Source: Chiloscyllium plagiosum
Taxonomy: Eukaryota
Direction: 5' to 3'
NCBI RefSeq assembly: GCF_004010195.1
Contig: NC_057729.1
Coordinates: 58,909,335-58,973,334, forward strand
Length of the DNA stretch: 64,000 bases
Shown: positions 37,101 to 50,480 of the stretch, piece after piece
Position numbering within the stretch: the stretch's first letter is position 1
Layout of the letters: each line of letters starts with the position of its first letter
The notes under the pieces: generated by a model
Databases searched by the model: none
What the model was told of the DNA's origin: nothing
The model's input: the letters and a program-made list of their open reading frames with translations, nothing else
Program-made: the position numbers and the translations under genes

Positions 37101-37430
37101 ATTAGATTAGATTCCCTGCAGTGTGGAAACAGGCCCTTTGGCCCAACAGGTCCACACCGACCCTCTGAAGAGTAACCCACCCAGACTCATTTCCCAGCAT
37201 TTAACCCTGATTAATATACCTAACACTATGGGCAATTTAGCATGGCCAATTCACCTGGCCTGCACATCTTTTGGAATGTGGGAGGAAACCGGAGCACCCA
37301 AAGGAAACCCACATAGATACAGGGAGAATGTGCAAACTCCATACAGACAGTCGCCTGAGGCTAGAATTGAACCCAGGACCCTAGTGCTGTGAGGTAGCTG
37401 TGCTAACCACTGAGCCACCATGCTGCCCCA
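37101..37430 (-). mobile_element. HE1 SINE
   Basis: (TTAGA)n tail on the left, reverse-complement head on the right. Confidence 0.9.
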
Positions 37431-38304
37431 GCAGATCAACTCTGAAATCTGGTTCGATAGATCTTTTCATTTTTATTTAATGATGTGGTCTCTTACTGAA
37501 ATACAAAAACATAACAGTGCAGATCTGGTTTTAACAATGAAACAAAAGTTTATTATGCAAAAGAAAGAAAGATAAAATAGTAAAACCAAGTTGTTTACAA
37601 GTAACACATTTAAAAGATTCCAAAACTTACAGTAAAAATACAATATTCCATCCATTCCTAACAGCACCTCTTTACAGTACTTAAACACCAGAGAGGATTC
37701 CCTTCTATAATATCTACAGGTTTCTTTCAATTCCTGGTCTTGAGAGTCTGACAGCCTCTTCCTTGACTATTTTCACAATGGAGCTTTGAATTTCTTAGCT
37801 TCGAATAACCTCTTCATGGTTGCAACTAGTCTCGAATTTCAAACAAAAACCATTACAGAAAAAAGCTATAAAGAAGACAGAACATTTTTAAACCTGCCAG
37901 CAAAGGAATACACAGCTAACTGGGATCCATGGCAAGTTGAAATCACTAGGTGATGAATTCCTTGCAAATCAATGTGGAATCTCTAGCTTCAATCTGTGTC
38001 GGTTCAGGAGGAACTATATAGGGACAGAATATAGTGGAAGCAATTTTAGTGAACACTGTGCCAATTGTTAAATTGAATTCTGAGATTTAGAACAGAGTTT
38101 CTGTAAAAGTTAAAATGTTCAAGTTTTGTGCATATGCCACAGAAATGCACCAACTATGCCCTCACCAGGCTGTGCTTCAAGTGATGCCTTTTCTCGTTCT
38201 GGAATTATGTGTCATTTATTTTGAAATAAAAAGCTTTTCGTTGTTACTTGTTGGCCTATACCAACTTAAATACTTTGGTGGTGTAAAAGAAATTATTGAT
38301 AAGT

Positions 38305-38850
38305 CATAGAATCATAGAGGTCTACAACAATGAAAAAGGTCCTTCAGCCCATTGAGTTTGTGCTGGTCAAAACCAACTACCTAACGATACCAATCTCATT
38401 TTCCAGCACTTGGTCCATAGACCTGTCTGCTGTTGCATAGCAAATGTACATCTCAATACTTCTTCAATGTTATGAGGGTTTCTGACTTTGCCACCCTTAG
38501 TAGCAGTGAGTTCCAGATTCCCACCACTCTTTGGGTGAAAAATGTTTTCTGCACATCCCCTCTAAATTTCCTGCCCCTAGCCTTAAAATTTTGCCTCCAG
38601 TTCATTGATCCTCCACCATGGAGACATGTTTATTCGTGTCTGCTCTGTCTATGTCACTCATCATTTGATACATCTCAATCATATCCCTTCTCAGTCTCCT
38701 CTGCTCTAAGGTAAACAACACCAATCTGTTCAATCTCTCTTTATTACTGTAACTCTCCAGCCCAGGCAACACCTTGATAAATCTTCTCTGCATCGTCTCC
38801 AGTGCAGTTACATCCCTCCCTCAGTGAAGATTCCAGAATTGCACAGAAGA
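38305..38850 (-). mobile_element. CR1 LINE 3' fragment
   Basis: Minus ORF QRRFIKVLPGLESYSNKERLNRLVLFTLEQRRLRRD. Confidence 0.85.
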
Positions 38851-39459
38851 CACTGAAATTGGAATTCTATAATGTTAATGTACAAATACATGCCTCTAAA
38901 TAGGAGAAAGTGAGCACTAGAGATGCTGGAGATCAGAGTCAAAAAGTGTGGCACTAGAAAAGCACAGCCAGTCAGGCAGCATCCGAGGAGCAAGAGAGTC
39001 GATGGTTTGAGCATAAGTTCTTCATCATACATGTTACTGTCAATCTTAAATATGGATAATTGGGTTTTCTGTGCAATATTTTCCCCAAACTGACATCAGA
39101 CGCATCGTTTATGGAGTGAAGACACAGTACATGACAGCGAGTCAATCTGCCTGGATATATTCTCATTCTCCATGTCAGAAATCTCAGACCTGAAAGAATG
39201 TGAGATTATTGTGATTGGAACCATAGAAACTAAATGTCAAGCAAGGAGGGGTCATTTAGCCCATTGTGCTACTCCGGCTCTCACATTCAGTCCTCCATCC
39301 TGGCTTCCAAAAGTGGTGTCCAAAATTGGACAGGATATTCCAGGGTGGAAAGTATTCCTTATGGGTTTCAACATCATTTCCTGATTTTTGTAAAATCATT
39401 CATGGGGTGTAAACTCAATGAGATTCACTCACTAACAACATTTATTGATCATAGTTAAG

Positions 39460-39930
39460 CACGGTCACTTCTGCTATAGGAAGGATGTTGTGAAACTTCA
39501 AAGGGCTCAGAAAAGATTTACAAGAATGTTGCTGGGATTGGAGAGTTTGAGCTATGGGGAGAGGCTGAATGGGCTGGGCCTATTTTCACTGGAGCAATTT
39601 CTTGAAGTTTATAAAATCATGAGGGGTATGGAGAGGATAAATAGAAGGTCTTTTTCCCAGGGTAAGGGAGTCAAAAGCTAGAGGGCATAGCTTGAAAGGG
39701 AAAAGATTTAAAAAGTACCTGAGGGGCAACCTTTTCTTCACAGAGGGTGGTGCATGTAAAGAAGAAGCTGTCAGAAGAAGTAGTGGTGGAAGGCAGGTAC
39801 AATTGCAACATTTAAAAGGCATCTAGATGGTTACATGAATAAGAAGGGTTAGAGGGATATGGGACTGAATCATTTTAGGATATCTGGTTGGCATGGATGA
39901 GTTGGTCAAAAGGGTCTGCAGTACAGCTGT
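39460..39930 (+). mobile_element. CR1/HER1 LINE 3' fragment
   Basis: YRKDVVKLQRAQKRFTRMLLGLESLSYGERL. Confidence 0.85.
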
Positions 39931-39994
39931 ACATATGAACCACATTGCTGTCGGTCTGGAGTTACATTTACGCTAAACCATGTCAGAACGATAG

Positions 39995-40370
39995 GCAAAA
40001 GTGAGGACTGCAGATGCTGGAGATCAGATTCAAAATTAGAGTGGTGCTGGAAAAGCACAGCAGGTCAGGCAGCATCTGAGGAGCAGGAAAATTGACGTTT
40101 CGGGCAGGAGCCCTTCATCAGGAATGAGGCTGGGACCCTCCGGAGTGGAGAGATAAATGGAAGGGGGTGGTGGAGCTGGGGAGAAGGTAGCTAAGAGAGC
40201 AATAGGTGGGTGGAGGTGAGGGTAAAGGTCGGAGAGGAGGATGGAGCGGATAAATGGGAAGGAAGATTGACAGGTAGGACAGGTTATGAGGATGGTGCTG
40301 AGCTAGCAGGCTGGAACTGGGGTAAGGTGGGGGGAGGGGAAATGAGGAAACTGGTGAAATCCATGCCAGA
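39995..40370 (-). mobile_element. Penelope-derived terminal fragment with intact hammerhead core (40091-40126)
   Basis: Reverse complement CATTC-CTGATGA-A-GGGC TCCT GCCC-GAAA-CG-TC. Confidence 0.8.
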
Positions 40371-40554
40371 AGGATGCCAGATTTCCCTCACTAAAGGACA
40401 CTATTAAAAATCATACAACACCAGGTCATAGTCCAACAGGTTTATAACTAGCTACCTGATGAAAGAGCAGCATTCTGAAAGCTAGTGCTTCCAAACAAAC
40501 CTGTTGGGCTAGAAGGTTATGTGGTTTTTAACTTTGTCCATGCCAGTCTTATAC

Positions 40555-41765
40555 TAGCTGGTATATTGCATGCAATTCTGGTCTCCCTCCTATCGTAAGG
40601 ATTACTTTGATTAGATTACTTACAGTGTGGAAACAGGCCCTTCGGCCCAACAAGTCCACACCGACCCGCCGAAGCGCAACCCACCCATACCCCTACATTT
40701 ACCCCTTTTAACCTAACACTACGGGCAATTTAGCATGGCCAATTCACCTAACCCACACATCTTTGTGACTGTGGGAGGAAACCGGAGCACACGGAGGAAA
40801 CCCACGCAGAAACGGGGAGTTAGTGCAAACTCCACACAGTCAGTCGCCTGAGTCGGGAATTGAACCCGGGTCTCTGGCACTGTGAGGCAGCAGTGCTAAC
40901 CACTGTGCCACCGTGCCAACCACGGTGAACTTCACAACGGATGTTGTGAAACTTGAAAGGGTTCAGAAAAGATTTACAAGGATGTTGCCAGGGTTGGAGG
41001 ATTTGAGCTATAGGGAGAAGCTGAACAGGCTGGGGCTGTTTTCCCTGGAGCGTCGGAGGCTGAGGGGTGACCTTATAGAGTTTTATAAAATCATGAGTGG
41101 CATGGATAGGATAAATAGACAAGGTCTTTTCCCTGGGGTCGGGGGGAGTCCAGAACTAGAGGGCATAGGTTCACGATGAGAGGGGAAAGATACAAAAGGG
41201 ACCAAATTGGGCAACTTTTTCACACAGAGGGTGGTTCGTGTAAGGAATGAGCTGCCAGAGGAAGTGGTGGAGGCTGGTTCAATTGCAACATTTAAAAGGC
41301 ATCTGGATGGGTATATGAACAGGAAGGGTTTGATTAGATTAGATTAGATTACTTACAGTGTGGAAACAGGCCCTTGGGCCCAACAAGTCCACACTGACCC
41401 GCCGAAGCGCAACCCACCCATACCCCCTACATTTACCCCTTTAACCTAACACTACGGGCAATTTAGCATGGCCAATTCACCTGACCCTACACATCTTCGT
41501 GACTGTGGGAGGAAACCGGAGCACCCGGAGGAAACCCACGCAGACACGGGGAGAATGTGCAAACTCCACACAGTCAGTCGCCTGAGTCGGGAATTGAACC
41601 CAGGTCTCTGGCGCTGTGAGGCAGCAGTGCTAACCACTGTGCCACCGTGCCGCCCAGGAGGAGTATGGGCCAGGTGCTGGCAGGTGGGACTAGATTAGGG
41701 TAGGATGGTCAGCACGGATGAGTTGGACTGAAGGGTCTGTTTCTGTGCTGTACATCTCTATGACC
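40555..41765 (+). mobile_element. CR1/HER1 3' fragment containing two nested antisense HE1 SINEs (~40609-40918 and ~41332-41655)
   Basis: CR1 sequence ...TATCGTAAGGAT resumes as GGATGTTGTGAAAC at ~40939, and AGGAAGGGTTTG resumes at ~41656. Confidence 0.9.
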
Positions 41766-41939
41766 TTCACATAAAAGGACATTAGCGAACCAGATTGACA
41801 AAAAATGACAATGGTTTTTCATGGTCACCATTCAGTCCAGTTTTTAATTCCAGAAATTTATAGAAATTAGAAGTCTGCACCAAACGTGACGGGACTCGAA
41901 CCCTTGACCCAAATCATCTCCCTGGAGTGACGCCATGCT

Positions 41940-42880
41940 ATCGGTAGTGGGCGGGGTCAGGCTCCTGTGGGGCGGGGCCAGTTACCGGTGAAAGAAAAAC
42001 GCAACCACTAGATGGGCGGGGCCTATCCGCGAGACGTCAGGTAAAGGGCGGACCAGTTGGTGGCGACGTCAGACGCAGACACTAAGGGGCGGATACGGTC
42101 CGGTGACGTCGGAAATTGGGCGGGAACGGTTGGCGTTAACGTCAGACCCACATCCTAAGGGGCAGGGTCTACCTCGATGACGTTGTTTACAGTCGGCTTG
42201 GGGGCGGAGACGGTCGACGTCACACGCAAACGATGGGGGCGGGGTTGCCTCCTCGCCGCCATGTTGTTGAGGCTGAGTGAGGAAACGAGCGGGAGCGGGA
42301 GAGCAGCAGGGCGTCCGCTCGCTTAAACCCTCAGGCCCACCCCTAGTTAATCCTTTAGATCCCGTGTCACCGGTAAGGGCATCGCTGACTCGGCTTCCTG
42401 CGGCCGTGCGGGGCCGGGAATGAGTTGTGTTGTCTGTCAGTAAATGCCGCTGTTTCTCTCCCTCTCTCTGTAACTCCGAGCTCGGGCCTTTCGGCGGACC
42501 GAGCAACTAGGCCTCCCGCGGGAGTGCGCCCGGGTAGGCCTCTCCGCCAGCCCCCCCCGCCACCTCCCTTCGGTCTCCCTCTGCTCACTGCTGGTTGGAT
42601 TATTACAGTGAATGGGTTTTAGTTGAATTGAGTCTGAATCTTCGGTGGCTTGTGTGAGGGCGATGCAGCGCTTTGTGCGTGTGCGGGGGGCGGGAGCGGG
42701 ACAAAGAGTGTGCATGCGCAGCAAGAGGGACCGTCGAAGGAATGCGGAGTTGGGGAGTGGGCGACGAGTCCTCCCAGAGCCCGGACCGGGGGAGAGATGT
42801 GGGTCTCTACCTTCCACACCCAGGGTCGAAGTGGGGGCAAGGGGGTAGTTGTGGGGAGGATTCTTCCTAGAGCTCGGGCA
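41940..42880 (+). promoter_or_regulatory. CpG-island promoter of RBM12 (probably shared with a copine gene)
   Basis: The only CpG-rich segment in the window. GC boxes GGGCGGGG at ~41948, 41969, 42014 and 42237; about 6 CRE-like ACGT sites at 42030-42222; YY1 motif GCCGCCATGTTG at ~42255-42266; NRF1-like TGCATGCGCA at ~42711; donor CG|GTAAGG at 42373. Confidence 0.85.
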
Positions 42881-45800
42881 CACAGCTCAAATCACTCAGT
42901 ACATACCTCTTGGGCTCAATTGTAATATTTAAAAGCAAGTGGTATTTCTGTCTAAAATCGAAAGGAGGATTTCAGAACCAACCACATACTGTTTAATCCT
43001 GAAGGCAAATTAAAACATTGGCCTTGTTTTTTCTAAACTGTTCAAGATCCAGATTTTGTCTCAAATATTCTGCAGGTATTTACTGGTTTCATTTTGTGGA
43101 TACTGCACGTTTTTAAAAGTTGTAAAGGATACTTACTCTCAAAGTGCAACCTCATGTAATGAATCCCGTCTGATGATCTGCATGTGTTGGTCCATGGCTT
43201 GCTGATCAGAATTTCTTTTTGCTAAATGGGTCTGTGTGGAACAAATTGGATTGTTTTTTTTAGAATCATAAAGTAAAAAGAATGAAGTTTGAGCAGAAGG
43301 AAAATATTCTTGAAACGGTAGGGTGTTTATGCGCATTAACCTTGTTCATGTCAGGCTGGTTGGACCTGTGATCTTTTGATTTTTTTAGTATTGATTTGTA
43401 TACTATTTGCATTTTTAACATTTTATTTTCTTTATTTAGGGCCTTGCTGTAAAATGGATGTCAGCCAGATCTGGTTTGTTTGTGTTGCTTGTTGTAAAAC
43501 CTTGTTAGATTGTGTAATTTGTCACATCTCTTGTCCCTGAAGCAGTTTTGACCAAGTGCTATTTAGTTGTGTCTAGTGTCTATTCTGATAGTGTTACTCA
43601 GTTGCATATTATGTTAAGCACAAATTAAATTTATTTATGAACACATTTGTAACCCTGTTCTTGTGCACATTCAATCTAATAATTGAGGCATTAGATTGAG
43701 GCATTAGGTTTTGGTACTTGCCAGGTTTTCTAACATGTGCTTGGTGCTTTTGTTAACTAAATGTTAATGCATAAAAGCTGTGATGGTTTGGCTTTTAGTT
43801 AGTGATATGAATCTAATGCATCATACTATAAATGCTGAAGTACGGTAGTGACTCTTTTTGTAAACATCATCTGAAACCCGTTCAAGTACAACACTCCTGA
43901 AAATTAGAACAGAGCTGACAGCATTTGCACTACTACAGAGTTTGTTTATTTTGAACTTGGGTGTATGATGTGGAAATATTTTGTGAAGATCATCCGTTGT
44001 TGCTGGCACAATTGTTTGTGATGTTCACCAAACAGGTATATCCCAGCCTAGAGACTGCAACTAGAGGATGAGCCTCTAATAATTTAGCTTTATTTTGTAG
44101 CCATGGTACTTGAGTGTTCATTTGGGATGTTAGTTAATTTTGAATCAACTTTGCCATTTTTCATTTGGTGTTGTTTTTTAATTGGCGTGGCCAAGTACAG
44201 TATCTTCCTTTTAATTCTGAACACTTAATGTTCTGTCTCCCAACATAAATATGCATAACCTCCAATGCTTTTAAATAACAATCGATTAGCATCTGGTAAA
44301 TTCTGGTTGGTGCATACCAACATGATTGGATACTTTTAATAAGCTCACTTTTGTCACTAAGTTAACTACCTAAAATCCTAAACTGTATATTGGCTGAAAT
44401 TTCAAATTGGAGTAATGAGGACTTTTAAACATTTTGTGGGGGGGAAAAAAATTGAGATGCCACTACTGAAAAGTAAAGTAAATTTCAGCGATCAAGAGTT
44501 TTAGAAATATTTTAAACTGAAAATATTAAAATTCCCTGATCGTAATTGTAGAAAAGATTAATTTTACACTGTTGCAAAAGCTCTTTTTAGAGATCCTAAT
44601 GTATCACTTTATTTACTCTACCAATTTTCTTGTGTCTACTTACTAACTCAGCCATGATGCTACTGAATGGTGGAGAAGGCTTGAAGGACCAAACAATTTG
44701 CTGTTCCTCTTTCTTAGCCCTTTTGGTTAAAGTTTCAAGGCACGAATTGACTTCTCTTGCTTCGATTGGATGACCATCGATTCAACAAGTCTGATGTCAA
44801 GATTGGCAGGGCAATTTGACTGACTCCTTTCTGAGACTGTGTATTCAACAACCACTGTCCCAACTGCCCACTAAGATTTTGCCACTTGCTGACCTACGTG
44901 GTTGAAATGTACTATCAGTTTAAAACCTCATGACAGCTTGATCTTGTTTTTTTTCTTATCTTGACTATCCTGAGAATCTTCAGATTTTTAGAAGTTTCAA
45001 TTTAAAAGGAAGTGTTCAAATCTTGTGTAACTTTATTCCCTCCTTCATTCCTTTCTCGTTCTCCCCATCTGTGTCTCATGCACACAGTTAAGTGAATTTG
45101 GAAAGTTTTCATACTAGTGGAGATCTGCTGAAATACAGTTGATCAGTCTCTGAAAATAGTATTAGATAAACATCTGAGCAAAAGGTACAGAGAGCAAAGC
45201 CATTGTTTAGAGGTGTTAGTTCCAAAGTGGAACTGGCGCAGGTATGCTGGGCTGAATGATGCCTTGTGCTGAAATTCCTATGCTGATAAGCACCAGGAGT
45301 TTGGAGACTTTAGTCTTGCATTGTGTGTTGATCTCTGAGGGCCTTAATGAAGTATGGTATGGAGTCAGGCTGTGTTATATTTTCCTTTTGCAGCTTTAGA
45401 AGCTATTTTAAATTATAAATTTTAAACGTGGTAAAACAGCCTAAAGCACAATCTTTTTATCTAAAGCACAGTTTTGTCTTAAGCATATCAATAGAATTAT
45501 CATCTTTTCACTAATGTTCAACATGCTGAGTAGACCAATCTCAATCAAATTTTTGGTGGTTATGAATCCAGAATTAACTCTTAAATTGAATTCACTGAAA
45601 TTTGAAAATGGGTGGGGCGTCTAACATGAAATTTGTTGAATATTTCTGCATTTTACGTTAAATACTGGTCTTCTGGATTCCAGTGTCAGTTTCAAAATTT
45701 AGCAAAGTCAACCAAAATATTGTGCTTTAGAACTAAGTATTAATTTGCAGGGCAAACAAGTTAGGTACGGTGAGGATGAGCGACATAATAGAAGACCTAA

Positions 45801-46631
45801 ACACATTTGTCTCCAAAAGAAATGCTATTGGTACAATCCTTTTGTTTATTTTACAACTTTAAGAACTGTTTTAATGGGTTATCATGGACCACCTATTCCA
45901 TTGGTGGCATTGTGGTTACTAAGGAATTTGTTTTGACAAACACCTTTTGTGTCTATGGATAAATTTTAAATAGGACATTAAAATAAGCTGAATCAAAACA
46001 ATTACATAGGAACAGTGATTGTCCGAATATTGGATTGTTTGGCAAGATTGCAAGATCCCAATGCTTGGCTAAACTTTAATCCGACATTCAATTATCCAGA
46101 ATTTGGTTAACTGAACGAAGTACTCCCTGCCAGTGTCCTTCGGATAATAGGTTCCTCATTTCTGAGTTTGATTCATATCTCCAGCATCCACAGTTCTTTT
46201 CTTAAAATGAATGTTCAGGCAATGGTGTGATTTAATATTAAAGTAAAGTTTTGGCCTCCCTGTGGTTTGAAAGTAAATATAGTTATCAGGAGGAATGTCC
46301 ATAGTCTTGAGACCTGTTGTTTGCACCATTCCATCATACAATTTGTACGATCTTTTGATCTTTCTGCTAATACATTCTGTACCTATCTGCTTCTCTTCAC
46401 TTCACCTGACAATGGGGCAGTACTCCAAACACTTGTGATTTCAAATAAACATGTTGACTGTAACCTGGTGTGGTGACTTCTGACCTTGTCCACCCCATTC
46501 CAACACCGGCACCTCCACATGACTGCAGCAGTGTGGAGGGAGTCTGCTTGCAAGTGATCCCTTTTCAGTTTTGTTTTCTCCTTGCTTCTTGAATACACCT
46601 GGTTGAAATGCATCTCCATGGTTTTTATAGT

Positions 46632-46954
46632 GGGCGGCACGGTGGCACAGTGGCTAGCACTGCTGCCTCGCAGCGCCAGAGACCCGGGTTCAATTCCCAC
46701 CTCAGGCGATTGACTCTGTGGAGTTTGCACATTCTCCCCGTGTCTGCGTGGGTTTCCTCCGGGTGCTCCGGTTTCCTCCCACAGTCCAAAGATGTGCAGG
46801 TCAGGTGAATTGGCCATCCTAAATTGCCCGTAGTGTTAGGTATAGGGGTAAATGTAGGGGTATGGGTGGGTTGCGCTTCGGAGAGTCAGTGTGGACTTGT
46901 TGGGCCGAAGGGCCTGTTTCCATACTGTAATGTAATGTAATCTAATCTAATCTA
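46632..46954 (+). mobile_element. HE1 SINE, full length
   Basis: Head, V-domain and (TGTAA)(TCTAA)n tail. Confidence 0.92.
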
Positions 46955-47964
46955 GATGCCTCAATGGCCACTCTCCATGTCAGTGTCAGTAGGCTGGTCA
47001 GTTGTGGGATCTGCATTTCTGTATTAATAATGTTATTTCAGGGGCAGTTGCATGATGTTGCATGCAGGTGAATATATTGTGAAATCTGACTGTGATGAAT
47101 CTGTTCGCTAAAAGTTATGTTGCAATTTTCTAAGCCTCCACCCACCAAACTATAATTTCTGGTTTGCTGAACCATACAACAAGGTTCTTATTAAAAGCAG
47201 ATGCATGTAGTTCTGTTTAGGAGTAAAATAAGTGATGAGTTGCTTTTACTTGATAAGTTTTCTAGTTTTACACCAGGAGAAATATCAGTAGCACACATTT
47301 AAATTTTAAACTTTGTTAATGTTCTAAATGATAAATTGAATAGAATGATTTGAGATTTGATTAGAATTCTGATGTCAACCGTATTGTTAAACTTTGCCTG
47401 TTCAGCCTTTTTTTTAGGCATTTAATCCTGATCGCATGAATTATTTTGGTCCCAATTCTGCTTTCTAACTTGCTGGCAAGTGGCTCTAAAAGATAGATGA
47501 GGTATGTGCAGTACGATTTGGACTGAAAGTCCTACTAGTTTTTAAGTTCTGACTGGTAAGGGATACTGTGTGCTTTATTTGTTTTTGATGCAAAGTTTTG
47601 GCTTTTAATATTTAAAGTGTATGTTATATAATCTCCTAAAAAGAGTTATTGCTTTGCAATTTGCTTAAAAATTAATTTTTTTCCTCTGTTATCACTCCTT
47701 GAAAGAAATTATTTTCCCCATGGGTGAAATCTGATCTGATGCCAACATAAACCTGAAGTGCATCAACCTAATTTAGTCAATGCACCACATTATATTTGGT
47801 TTACTTGAATAAGCTTTAGCAGGGATGCAGCAATGCTCAAAAAGTTTCTGATAATGCTTCCAGGGATTAGAGATTTTCTTTGTGTAGAAAGAAAACAAAG
47901 ATTATGACACAGGAGGTAGCCAGTTGGACCATTGTCTCTGTGTTGGTTACAAATGCTAGTCAGT

Positions 47965-48400
47965 TTAACATAGAACAAAACAGTACAGAACAGCCTTTTG
48001 GCCCCTGATGTTCCACTGGCCTGTGAACTAATCTGAGTCCATCCCCCTACACTATTCCACCATCATCTATGTGCTTATCCAAGGATTGTTTGTGTCCCTA
48101 ATATGGCTGAGCTAACTACATTGGCAGGCAGGGCATCCCATGCCCTGACCACACTCTGAGTAAAGAACCTGCCTCTGACATCTGTCTTAAATCTATCAGC
48201 CCTCAATTTGTAGCTGTCATACAAACTGACGTCACCACCCTAGGCAAAAGACTTTCACTGTCTACCCTATCTAATCCTCTGATCATCTTGTATGTCTCTA
48301 TTAAATCTCCTCTTAGCCGCATTCTTTCCAATGAGAACAGATCAAGTCTCTCAGCCTTTCCTCATAAGACCTTCCCTCCAGACCATGCAACATCCTAACC
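47965..48400 (-). mobile_element. CR1 LINE 3' fragment
   Basis: ACATAGAACA tail; similar to 24620-24870. Confidence 0.7.
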
Positions 48401-49049
48401 TTACCTTCTAGCTTTTGCTTCACAGCCCTATAAGTTCTGACACCAAGAGTTTATGTATGATAAGGATGTCTGCATCTATCATATTTTTGAGCAGAATTCC
48501 AGATCCTACCACCCTCTGCATGAGGGTATTTCTCCATTCCCCTTCCTGCTGCTAAGAATTCCTAAAACTTAGCCCAAGATCAGTGACTTTTCTACTGATG
48601 GAAGCAGTTTTTCTCTAGTTTGGTCCTTACAAAATTATTTACCCTAAAAAAAAAACCTCAAGGAGATAACCGAAAAGTAGGGACACTGAAAATACACGGC
48701 AGGGGGAGAACTGGAGCCCATAGTAGGATGCTTGCTAAAATAGCCTAGCTGGCAATGTGAAAGGAGCATATAGATTGGAGAATCTGGGGTTGTTCTTTGA
48801 GAACGTTTGAAAGAAGTGTTCAAAATCATGAGGGGATCTAGACAGTGGAATAGAACTAAAATAATGAAAAATAATCAAAATTAGGAAGGTTGTGCTGGGT
48901 GTATAAAACACTGAAATAAAAGCAAAATATTGTGGATGCTGGAGATCTAAAATAAAAACAGAAAATGCTGGAGAAAACTGAGCAGGTCTGGCAGAGAAGG
49001 AGTTATAGTTTTGTGCCCTATGACTTCTTTGGAACTAAGGTCCAGTGCT

Positions 49050-50480
49050 TTGTTTTATTTCTGTGTAAAATGTTAAATAGGCCTCAACTCAAATCCTGCA
49101 TGCAATTCTAGTCACCACGTTATAGCAAGAAATAAGTTTGCCCTAGACAGTGACAGAGGAGATTTACCAGAATGCTGCTTCAGCTCGACAGCCTATGTTG
49201 AGGAAATATTGGCAGGCTGGGGTTCTTTTATTTGGAATGGTGAAGATTCAAAGGGGATCTGATAGTGGAGCATAGGTGGAATAAGAAGACACTTTTAGTA
49301 GAGGGGTCAGTAACCAGGGAGCATAGATTTCAGATGAGGAGTAAGAGCTAAGGGAGAGTTGAGACTTTTTTTACCCTGAAGGTGTTAGAGTCTGGAACTC
49401 TGCCTGAAGGAGTAGTTGAGACAAACTCTTTTAACATGTAAACATATTTAGAAATTTATTGCCATTGCCGTAGCCTCTGGGACTACAGGGCAAGAACTGG
49501 AAAAAGGGATTAATATTGTCAGATCTTTGAGAATGGATGTGGTGGGCTGAATGGTGTCCTACTCTGCTATAAATATCAGTGAGTCAAAGGTGACGACTTT
49601 TTTTAATGCAGACAGTGATTCAGACTATCTACTACCTAAGAGAATAAAGCAGGCCAAACTGATATTAAATGACCACTGTGCTGTAGCCATTCTGTTATTA
49701 TGGGGGCAGTTTTGGTCCCCTTTTTTTAGAAGAGATGTCATTTCATTGGAAGGTTCTGTAGGATGATGGAAAAATTGTCTTGCGTACAAAGTATTCAATG
49801 GAGTTTAGAAGGATAAAAGGTGGTCTCACTAAAACATATTGGTTTCTGGAAGGCTAAATACTGATAGAATGTTTCCCTTCATGGATCTACAACCAGAGGG
49901 CATAGTCTAAGTGTTAAGGGTGCCAATTTAAGACTGAGATGAGGAGGAATTTCTTCTCTTGAAAGGTTTTTTAGAGTCTTTGGACTCCTTGCCTTGGAGC
50001 AGAGAATCCCTACAGTGCGGTTAGAAGCCATTTGTCCTATTGAGTCTACACTAACCCTCTGAAGAGTATCTCTCCCAGACTTAGCCCACTGCCCTATCCC
50101 AATAATCCTGAATTTACATGGCTAACTCCCCTAGCCTGCATTTCCCTGGACACTATTCAACAGTTTAGCATGGCCAATCCACCAAATTAGCGCATCTTTG
50201 TCTTTTGGAAGGAAAGTAGAGTACCTGGCAGAAACCATGCAAACTCCATACAGTCACCCAGGCTGGAATCAAACCTTGTTCCTTGGTGCTAACTACTATG
50301 CCACTGTGCTTCCCAGTATAGTCCTTGCATTAAGTTAAGGCTGAAAGAGATTCTTGAACAGTCAGGAATCCAAGGTTATGGGGAAAGAACACGAAAGTGC
50401 ATGTGGGGAATGTCGGATCACCATGATCCTATTCAGTGGCTGGGCAGGATCAAGGGGTGTCCTTCTGTTCTTATGATATA
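49050..50480. mobile_element. Old CR1 fragments (+) with a nested antisense HE1-like SINE (~50003-50315)
   Basis: AAGACTGAGATGAGGAGGAATTTCTTCTCT CR1 motif; TTTAGCATGGCCAATCCACC SINE motif. Confidence 0.65.

Noticed and set aside
42069-42925. Several overlapping ORFs in the CpG island
   Set aside because: Expected from high GC content; no recognisable domains.
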